The notes beneath the pieces were generated by a model. It saw only the letters and a list, made by a program, of their open reading frames with translations, was not told the origin of the DNA and made no database searches. From contig JADFSZ010000058.1 in assembly GCA_022560555.1 (NCBI GenBank), positions 1-9,316 of the forward strand: a DNA stretch of 9,316 nucleotides, given 5' to 3'. How positions within the stretch are numbered: position 1 is the first letter of the stretch; every line of letters begins with the position of its first letter. Origin of the DNA: PVC group bacterium (GTDB taxonomy: Bacteria > GCA-001730085 > JADFSZ01). The position numbers and the translations under genes are program-made. Of the stretch, positions 1-5,717 are shown one piece after another.

Positions 1-1
1 G

Positions 2-103
2 GCTGCAAACTCAACGGACGGAGGCAACACCGATAACAATGAGGCAGTACCGCACTGGATATTTATTACGGGCAATGCGGTGTTTTTTGGCACAAATTTT
101 TAA
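2..103 (+). CDS. 3' end of an upstream ORF (partial, product unknown)
   Basis: Frame 2 is open from the window edge to TAA at 101-103 (AANSTDGGNTDNNEAVPHWIFITGNAVFFGTNF*). It has no start in the window, so it is absent from the ORF track. Only 33 codons are visible, so coding status is weakly supported. Confidence 0.3.
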   Translation, partial: AANSTDGGNTDNNEAVPHWIFITGNAVFFGTNF

Positions 104-109
104 CCCGTG

Positions 110-143
110 AACCAGTTACCACCTACGAGGTGGTAACTGGTTG
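110..143 (+). repeat. REP-like / IS200-type hairpin, left copy
   Basis: Perfect 14-bp stem AACCAGTTACCACC (110-123) / GGTGGTAACTGGTT (129-142) with loop TACGA (124-128). The 34-nt block 110-143 matches 819-852 at 32/34 positions in the same orientation (identical loop). It lies 28 nt upstream of the transposase ATG. Confidence 0.85.
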
Positions 144-170
144 GGATAAAACAAGGAAGGCAAAAGGGTT

Positions 171-815
171 ATGACGAACGGACAAATATATCATGTTTGC
201 AATAAAAGCATTGCCGGGTTCGTGATATTTAATAATGATTCCGAATATATGCGCATGAAAAATTTGATTAAATACTATCAATTGGAAGATCCTCCTACTA
301 AATTTTCCTATTTCATGAGTCATTTAAATGAAGGAGGAGATATTCTTAATTTGGATTTGATTGATAGAAAGAATAAGCTAATAAACATTATTGCTTATTG
401 TTTGATGCCAACACACATACATTTGGTTTTGCAGCAATTGAAGGATAATGGGATATCAATATTTATGAGCAATATATTGAACGGTTATACTCGATACTTT
501 AATATCAGGCACAAAAGGAAAGGGCCCTTATGGGTAGGAAGATTTAAGAGGGTTGTGGTTAGTACGGATGAGCAATTGCTGCATTTAACACGATATGTTC
601 ATCTTAATCCAGTAACATCATATCTTATTGAAAAGCCAGAGTCCTGGACATACGGTTCATATAATGAATATTGTTCTCAAGGGACGACGGATGAGGAGAT
701 GTGTTGTTATGAGAATATTTTGGATATTGATTCCAAAAGTTATAAAAATTTTGTAAATGACAGGAAAGAGTATCAACGAGAATTGGCAAAAATTAAGGAG
801 CTCATGCTGGAATAA
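171..815 (+). CDS. HUH/Y1 tyrosine transposase, IS200/RAYT (REP-associated tyrosine transposase)-like, 214 aa
   Basis: HUH motif in CLMPTHIHLVL (H82-I83-H84, nt 414-422). GPLWVGRFK block and RYVHLNPV block with candidate catalytic Tyr142 (nt 594-596). This is the classic Y1_Tnp/COG1943 pattern recognised from memory; no HMM was run. The gene is AT-rich (hand count 18/60 GC in 181-240) and flanked by matching hairpins. Confidence 0.85.
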   Translation: MTNGQIYHVCNKSIAGFVIFNNDSEYMRMKNLIKYYQLEDPPTKFSYFMSHLNEGGDILNLDLIDRKNKLINIIAYCLMPTHIHLVLQQLKDNGISIFMSNILNGYTRYFNIRHKRKGPLWVGRFKRVVVSTDEQLLHLTRYVHLNPVTSYLIEKPESWTYGSYNEYCSQGTTDEEMCCYENILDIDSKSYKNFVNDRKEYQRELAKIKELMLE

Positions 816-817
816 GC

Positions 818-852
818 CAACCCGTTACCACCTACGAGGTGGTAACAGGTTG
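818..852 (+). repeat. REP-like / IS200-type hairpin, right copy
   Basis: Stem CAACCCGTTACCACC (818-832) / GGTGGTAACAGGTTG (838-852) with loop TACGA (833-837). 15 stem positions with one C.A mismatch (823/847). It starts 3 nt after the transposase stop codon and ends 9 nt before ATG 862. Confidence 0.85.
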
Positions 853-861
853 CGAAATGAG

Positions 862-3159
862 ATGGTTATGGTGAAGAGAATACACATATATATATTAATA
901 TTCCTTATGACTGCATCGACTGCGGAAGCTGTTGACACGTTCTTTGAGGATTTTAATTCGCACGCCGAAAACACCACAATCAATGATGTCAATAATTGGA
1001 GTGTGGACGCGGGCGATACGGATGGGGCCGTGACACAATCCGGAAAAAGTTTTGAAGGAAGCGGGAAAGCACTCAAAATCATCGGGGACGAAAACGCGGT
1101 CGAAGTCTCCCGGAGTGAAAATTACGGTAATCTTTCGCCTGGCTGGATCGAATTTCTCGTAAACCCCGGTGTGGGTGCCGAATCGCGGGATGTGCCTTCC
1201 GGACGGATCGCGGGTGTGACATTTGATATGAACGGAAAAATTTACGCGTCAGACGGATCGAGCTGGGTGGATATAGGGGAAATGTTTACGCCTGACACTT
1301 GGTACCGGGTGATCCTAAAACTAGATTTTACCACGCATATGTATGATATCTATACATCACCCGCGAGTGCTCCCGAAGTCGGGTTTACTCCGGATAAAAC
1401 AGGTCTTCATTTTATTGATTCCACGATCAATTCGATCAATCAAATCGGATTTTCCGGAGTGCATAATGAAAGCATGCCGGATGACTCCTACGTGGATGAC
1501 ATTGTGATTCATTTTATTGACCGGGTTAATTTTCTCACGACCTCCAAAAAGTTTGACAGCGGAAGTGTGACAAGTCCCATCACGGTACAGATCCAAAATT
1601 CCCTATTAGAACCTCAAACAGCTTGGCGGGATATTTATCTCGCTCTGAGATCCACATCAGGTACAGGAGAATTTTCGTTGACCGAAGAACCATGGGCTCT
1701 TATTACGCAAGTGGTGATATTCGAAGGCGGACACAGCACAAGTTTTTATTATAAAGACAGTACAGACGGAAAACCCGTGATTACAGTCAAAGAAGATCCT
1801 GACAGAGGCTGGTTAGAAGCATTTCAGGAACAAGAAGTCTTAGAAACGCCGTTAGGTTTTGAAATTATAGCCGAAACTCCGCAGGTTGCGGGAGAAGCGT
1901 TCGATGTGACATTCACCGCGAAAAAAGATTCCGGTGAGATCGAGACAGAATATACAGGGAGTATAAATGTTTCCGTAAGTTATGTGAATCCGATAAGCGG
2001 AACGATGCAGATATCGCCTCAGTTGGTCTCAGGCTTTGTGAATGGTGTGACAACTTTAAGTTTTGTTTATCCGGATTGCGGGTTGATTGAAATTATGGCG
2101 GAAGATTCTGATGATGATGAAAAATCGGGAATATCGGGAGAAATCATGATGATTCCGGCCGGTTTTGGTTTGGCAAGTTCAGTAACCGAAGAAGGAGAGA
2201 TTTTTGAAGTAGATGTAGATCAAATTGTCGCGCGGACATTTCCGATATTTGTCACAGCAATTAATGAAGACGGCGCGATCACACCGAATTTTACAGGGAG
2301 TGTCAATCTTTCTCCTGTCGGTATTGATCCCGAAGAAACCGAGGGCGGTGTCATGACTCCTCAGGTGATTAGCGGTATTACGTTTTCGGGAGGGACCGCC
2401 GAAGCGCAGGTTTCTTATGACCGCTGGGGCAAAATCCAGATACAAGTATCAGATGCCAATTACCCGGCGCAACTTGGAAAAAGTAATGAAATTATGTTTG
2501 ATCCTGACACGATTGTTTTGACAGTGGAATATCCGAGTGAGAGCCGGGACTTCTTTTACACGGGAGAAGCAATCCCCGTGTCCCTTTCAGCCGTGGACGC
2601 GAACGGACAAGTCATCCCAAATTATTTAGGTGAGGTTGAAGTCTCCGCGAGTTTGGGAATGGGGATACCGGGAGAATATCTGTTTTTACCGTCAGACGCG
2701 GGTGAGCATATTTTTGATGCTTCTGTGGATTCATCGGGGATGTATTATGTGGATGCGCTAGAGCCGACGAATAATATTCATGCGGAAACTCTAAAGATTG
2801 AAGTCAAACAGGTTTCGATTGTCGTGGAGTCGACTTATGCGCCTGTCGGAACAACGGAAGTCACGATAAAATTAGTGGATGAAGACGGAAACGTGATTTA
2901 CTCGGAAAGTTCATTGAGTATTTTAATCGAAATCAAAGAAGAGTTTGAAGATTTTAGTGCGTTGTCTTCGGCTCAATCTCAACCGGTCACTTTTAAAAAT
3001 GGTATTGCCAAAGTAAGTGTGAGTGATTCAAGGGCGGAAATTGTGACGATTTGGGCTGTAAGTGATTTGGATTTTGAGATTAAAAAAGGAACCATAACAT
3101 TTGGACGGATCACAAAAACGGGGGTAGGATCTTTGATGTGGAGGGATATCTCAGAATAA
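862..3159 (+). CDS. Secreted LamG/ConA-like domain protein with about five Ig-like beta-sandwich repeats (adhesin-like), ~765 aa
   Basis: Long ORF. Start moved from track position 757 to ATG 862 (or ATG 868), which yields a typical signal peptide MVMVKRIHIYILIFLMTASTAEA|VD. The N-terminal ~210 aa end in the LamG-type signature DDSYVDDIVIHF. About five ~90-110-aa segments follow with the Big-like pattern (e.g. AGEAFDVTFTAKKDSGEIETEYTGSINVS...; FPIFVTAINEDGAITPNFTGSVNLS...; GEAIPVSLSAVDANGQVIPNYLGEVEVS...). Domain calls are pattern recognition only. Confidence 0.8.
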   Translation: MVMVKRIHIYILIFLMTASTAEAVDTFFEDFNSHAENTTINDVNNWSVDAGDTDGAVTQSGKSFEGSGKALKIIGDENAVEVSRSENYGNLSPGWIEFLVNPGVGAESRDVPSGRIAGVTFDMNGKIYASDGSSWVDIGEMFTPDTWYRVILKLDFTTHMYDIYTSPASAPEVGFTPDKTGLHFIDSTINSINQIGFSGVHNESMPDDSYVDDIVIHFIDRVNFLTTSKKFDSGSVTSPITVQIQNSLLEPQTAWRDIYLALRSTSGTGEFSLTEEPWALITQVVIFEGGHSTSFYYKDSTDGKPVITVKEDPDRGWLEAFQEQEVLETPLGFEIIAETPQVAGEAFDVTFTAKKDSGEIETEYTGSINVSVSYVNPISGTMQISPQLVSGFVNGVTTLSFVYPDCGLIEIMAEDSDDDEKSGISGEIMMIPAGFGLASSVTEEGEIFEVDVDQIVARTFPIFVTAINEDGAITPNFTGSVNLSPVGIDPEETEGGVMTPQVISGITFSGGTAEAQVSYDRWGKIQIQVSDANYPAQLGKSNEIMFDPDTIVLTVEYPSESRDFFYTGEAIPVSLSAVDANGQVIPNYLGEVEVSASLGMGIPGEYLFLPSDAGEHIFDASVDSSGMYYVDALEPTNNIHAETLKIEVKQVSIVVESTYAPVGTTEVTIKLVDEDGNVIYSESSLSILIEIKEEFEDFSALSSAQSQPVTFKNGIAKVSVSDSRAEIVTIWAVSDLDFEIKKGTITFGRITKTGVGSLMWRDISE

Positions 3160-3262
3160 CGCTGATTTACGCGGATTTTTAAAAAACCACGGATATACGC
3201 GGATATTAAAAGAATCGCAGATCGACGCGGATTGATAAAACAAACCGCCGATAAACGCGGAA
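3160..3262 (+). repeat. Tandem array, four units of CGCNGAT-NN-ACGCGGAT plus an A/T-rich spacer (periods 28, 28, 30 nt)
   Basis: Units start at 3160 (cgctgat tt acgcggat), 3188 (cacggat at acgcggat), 3216 (cgcagat cg acgcggat) and 3246 (cgccgat aa acgcggaa). Spacers are ttttaaaaaac, attaaaagaat and tgataaaacaaac. The array begins 1 nt after the stop codon of the preceding gene. Confidence 0.85.
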
Positions 3263-3298
3263 GAACAGAATTTAGAAGAAAGATAAGAGGAGATAGAA

Positions 3299-3685
3299 AT
3301 GAGTAAGCTGTTGTATGAGAAAGAATCCTATGAAATAAGAGGCGCATGCTTTTCTGTGTGGAACGAATTTAAGGGAGCTTTTAAGGAAAAGATCATTGAA
3401 AATTCCTTAGCAAGGGAGCTAAAGGATAGGAGCCTTAATGTGGAGCAGCAAAAGAGAATAGAAATATTCTATAAAGATGAGAAAGTTGGGACATATGTTC
3501 CTGATTTTGTTATCAATAATAAGGTTATTCTTGAAATAAAATCTAAGCCTTATCTTGCAGATGAAGATAAAAGGCAGTTCTGGCAATATATGAAAGGATC
3601 CGAATATCGGTTGGGATTTTTAATAAACTTTGGAGCAAAGAAATTAGAAATGATAAGAAAAGTTTATGATACAGCACGAAAATAG
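3299..3685 (+). CDS. GxxExxY-family protein (PD-(D/E)XK nuclease-like fold), 128 aa
   Basis: Strong SD GAGGAG (3287-3292) 6 nt before the ATG. The sequence follows the family template end to end: YEIRGACFSVWNEFKGAFKEKIIENSLARELKDRSLNVEQQKRIEIFYKDEKVGTYVPDFVINNKVILEIKS...GFLINFG...LEMIRKV. The PD...E-x-K core is PDFVINNKVILEIK. The eponymous Tyr appears replaced (KEKII). Very AT-rich (16/60 GC in 3481-3540). Confidence 0.85.
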   Translation: MSKLLYEKESYEIRGACFSVWNEFKGAFKEKIIENSLARELKDRSLNVEQQKRIEIFYKDEKVGTYVPDFVINNKVILEIKSKPYLADEDKRQFWQYMKGSEYRLGFLINFGAKKLEMIRKVYDTARK

Positions 3686-4937
3686 AATATGGTTTAAAGG
3701 TCTTAGATCTGCGGGTGTCCGCGTTTTTAGGGATCTGCGTCGATCCGCGGCCTTTACCTTGTTAGAAGTGATGATGGCTATTGGAATCATGGCGATTATC
3801 ACGGGGACGATTTTCTTTGCTCTGACGACAGGTTTGGATAGCTGGGCTTATTCGAAAAATCAGTTGGCGCTCCAAAAAGTTTTAAGTGATGTTGTGGAGA
3901 TGATCACAAACGGCGCGCCTCATCAAAATGGTGTTAAAGACGGATTGGAAATATTGGAGGCAAGCCGGGAACGGCTTGTGTTTGTCTCCCCGTGGACGGA
4001 TGACACTCACACAGTGGTGCGGGATGAATATACCTATATATTAGACCGAAAGATCAAACCGGGTGCTGCGCCACCGGTGGTGATGATTCGGTATCCAGGA
4101 TCTGATGAGACGGAATTTTCAAATGTGCAGGTTACGCATGCCACAAAATACGCGCTCTCAGAAGTGATGATCGGCACTAAGGCTCCGCTGGGAAGCCGGC
4201 TCTATTTTACGTACCATCCGGATTCGAAAACAAATCCGGATGTGATTGAGACCCTTTGGTGGGATAAAAAAGAAAAACAAATATATTTGGAAGACATAAA
4301 TGGGGTCGAAAATCTTTCAAAAAACCCCTTTGGGGTGGTCATCAGTGAATTTCGGATGACGTATTTTGATAATAAAAACGAGCTTGTATCCGATCGTGAC
4401 TGGCTGGATCCGGATGACCGGAATTTTGTGACGGGGATTGAGATTTATTTGGAAGCTGAATTAGAAGAGTACAAGTTAACCCTTTTGACATTTATCAATT
4501 TAAGAAACGCGCCGATGTGTTTGGGGTACACAGTTTTAGAAAAAGGAACACGGATTAAAATTCCCGACAGCACAAGGATACATACTTTCCAATTAACGAA
4601 TTTTAGCGGAGTGGATCAAGATGATGTTTTGGAGTTGTTAGCGACATCGGATAAAAGAGGAGAATGGCTGATCAAAATCATGTTTGAAAATAGCGGAATT
4701 ACGCCGCCTAAAATCAGCCGGTTTGACATCGAGTATCCTGAAGGCAATGTTGTGTACACGGCAACTCCCAAATCGGATATTGCCATTGGGTTGGATATGC
4801 TGTTGTTGGATGTTGAGAGTTTGTTTGATTATGATGATGATCCGGATATAGAAGATGTGGTCATGATGACAGGGGAAGTTGTGTTAGAAGTGAAGGAAAT
4901 GGATATTGAGGGGGCCGGATTGTTTGTGAGACCTTAA
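3666..4937 (+). CDS. Prepilin-type N-terminal domain protein (PilW/GspJ-like pseudopilin core plus ~140-aa C-terminal extension), 423 aa
   Basis: N-terminal methylation-type motif AFTLLEVMMAIGIMAIITG (Phe+1 at 3753, Glu+5 at 3765). The body ends in a pseudopilin-like ...VTGIEIYLEAE...LTLLTFINLRNAP, followed by an extra acidic domain (4515-4934). ATG 3666 is the only in-frame ATG upstream of the motif (in-frame stop at 3654). It overlaps the GxxExxY gene by 20 nt. The start is uncertain. Confidence 0.75.
   Translation: MIQHENRIWFKGLRSAGVRVFRDLRRSAAFTLLEVMMAIGIMAIITGTIFFALTTGLDSWAYSKNQLALQKVLSDVVEMITNGAPHQNGVKDGLEILEASRERLVFVSPWTDDTHTVVRDEYTYILDRKIKPGAAPPVVMIRYPGSDETEFSNVQVTHATKYALSEVMIGTKAPLGSRLYFTYHPDSKTNPDVIETLWWDKKEKQIYLEDINGVENLSKNPFGVVISEFRMTYFDNKNELVSDRDWLDPDDRNFVTGIEIYLEAELEEYKLTLLTFINLRNAPMCLGYTVLEKGTRIKIPDSTRIHTFQLTNFSGVDQDDVLELLATSDKRGEWLIKIMFENSGITPPKISRFDIEYPEGNVVYTATPKSDIAIGLDMLLLDVESLFDYDDDPDIEDVVMMTGEVVLEVKEMDIEGAGLFVRP
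3707..3750 (-). repeat. Two units of the same heptamer family on the opposite strand (ATCTGCG-NNN-RTCCGCG, 26-nt period)
   Basis: 3707-3723 is atctgcg ggt gtccgcg and 3733-3749 is atctgcg tcg atccgcg. The reverse complement of 3733-3749 (cgcggatcgacgcagat) matches upstream unit 3216-3232 (cgcagatcgacgcggat) at 15/17 positions. Confidence 0.8.
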
Positions 4938-4947
4938 AAGGAGAAAG

Positions 4948-5397
4948 ATGATGAGTATTAAAAAAATCGTATATAATGTTTTTGTATTACTCTTCGCGTT
5001 TATATTAATGAATGGTAAACTTTTTGCCGAAGAGAAGGTCTGGAACGCGGATGGGGACGGAACGACCTGGGAAAGTGACGCCAATTGGTGGATGAGCGGA
5101 CATCCGATAGAGGGAGACGATGTGGCAATTGATATGGATGCTGCGGCTGTCACGATCAATCAGACATTTAAGGCGGGGTCTATTACGCTGGGCGGAAAAG
5201 AGAACGTGGAATTAAGGAAAATCAATTTTGTGCATGGGACGATTGAACCTGATTCAACGAGTGATGTTGCTATCACAAATAAATCCGGCGGGCATTTAAT
5301 TTTAGAAGGTATCGGGACTGTAACTGTTCGTGGAACATATTTGGATACTCTTGGTACGTCGGTCAATGAACCGAGTTTTATGTTTTGGGTCAAATAA
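4948..5397 (+). CDS. Small secreted protein with W-x3-G-x-G-x2-W-x5-NW beta-helix head motif, 148-149 aa
   Basis: SD AAGGAG (4938-4943) lies 4 nt before ATG 4948 and 7 nt before ATG 4951, so 4951 is the likelier start. Signal peptide MSIKKIVYNVFVLLFAFILMNGKLFA|EE. The motif VWNADGDGTTWESDANWW...GDDVAID...VTIN...GSITLGG resembles the N-terminal head of autotransporter/PVC-type beta-strand-repeat proteins. Confidence 0.7.
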   Translation: MMSIKKIVYNVFVLLFAFILMNGKLFAEEKVWNADGDGTTWESDANWWMSGHPIEGDDVAIDMDAAAVTINQTFKAGSITLGGKENVELRKINFVHGTIEPDSTSDVAITNKSGGHLILEGIGTVTVRGTYLDTLGTSVNEPSFMFWVK

Positions 5398-5433
5398 TTT
5401 ATAGTTTTTAATCTTTACAAAGGAGGGGTGAGG

Positions 5434-5709
5434 ATGAAGAATTTTATAATTTGTTTAGTATTTATTTTTGGTTTTGTTGCATCGATAAACATGCTTTATG
5501 CGGAATCAATGCGGGATATTAAGGAAAAGGCGGCCTCATATCACGAAAAGGCGACGAGTAATTTCGTTTATTTAGATAGTGAGATGACGGCTATGTATTA
5601 TCAAAATATTCAGATTATTGATGCTTTAGAGCAGATTCGAGACCTTCTCAAAGAAAACCTTCGGCAAATGAGGGAGATTGTAAGGGAAAACAAGGATCAA
5701 GGCGCTTGA
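5434..5709 (+). CDS. Small secreted, predicted helical protein, 91 aa
   Basis: SD AAGGAGG (5420-5426) lies 7 nt before ATG 5434, preferred over the track's GTG 5428. Signal peptide MKNFIICLVFIFGFVASINMLYA|ES. The remainder is charged and helical-looking (IDALEQIRDLLKENLRQMREIVRENK). I recognise no family. Confidence 0.6.
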   Translation: MKNFIICLVFIFGFVASINMLYAESMRDIKEKAASYHEKATSNFVYLDSEMTAMYYQNIQIIDALEQIRDLLKENLRQMREIVRENKDQGA

Positions 5710-5717
5710 CCATGGAT

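Larger units (their letters stand above)
110..852 (+). mobile_element. Candidate minimal IS200-like / RAYT unit (hairpin - Y1 transposase - hairpin); true cleavage-site boundaries unknown
   Basis: A single Y1 transposase gene lies between two same-strand, same-orientation copies of one hairpin, as in IS200/IS605 LE/RE architecture. About 743 bp. AT-rich relative to the neighbouring gene. No target-site information is available from one window. Confidence 0.5.

Noticed and set aside
110-143. Left hairpin as intrinsic terminator of the upstream partial ORF
   Set aside because: No T-tract follows the stem (TTGGGATAAAAC), and the identical motif recurs at 819-852. The repeat/transposon-end interpretation explains it better, although some terminator activity cannot be excluded.
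757-861. N-terminal 35-codon extension of the large ORF (track start 757), overlapping the transposase 3' end and reading through the hairpin
   Set aside because: The extension (MTGKSINENWQKLRSSCWNKPTRYHLRGGNRLRNE) is translated hairpin/transposase DNA and lies ahead of a textbook signal peptide starting at M36 (nt 862). A signal peptide must be N-terminal, so 862/868 is the sensible start.
2101-2125. GAT/GAA-rich runs (2101-2125 and 4830-4850) as simple-sequence repeats
   Set aside because: They are short, in frame, and encode acidic linkers (SDDDEK, DYDDDPD). They are too short to be meaningful microsatellites.
862-3159. Possibility that the Ig-repeat gene is a diversity-generating retroelement target or phase-variable via nucleotide repeats
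   Set aside because: There is no reverse transcriptase and no template-like second copy in the window. By eye there are no long homopolymer or short-tandem tracts. The protein-level repeats are divergent at the nucleotide level.
3160-3262. Regularly spaced repeats considered as a mini CRISPR array
   Set aside because: Repeat cores are only 17 nt and spacers 11-13 nt, and the spacers resemble each other (TTAAAA-type). This is a tandem duplication of a 28-30-nt unit, far below CRISPR repeat/spacer dimensions, and there are no cas genes.
3160-3750. GxxExxY gene considered as part of a 23S rRNA intervening sequence
   Set aside because: The flanks are protein-coding (a stop codon at 3157-3159 on the left, the prepilin motif at 3753 on the right). 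I see no rRNA-like sequence, so only the architecture is IVS-like, not the context.
5428-5433. GTG 5428 as start of the 93-aa ORF
   Set aside because: GTG 5428 begins only 1 nt after the SD AAGGAGG (5420-5426), while ATG 5434 sits at an ideal 7-nt spacing.
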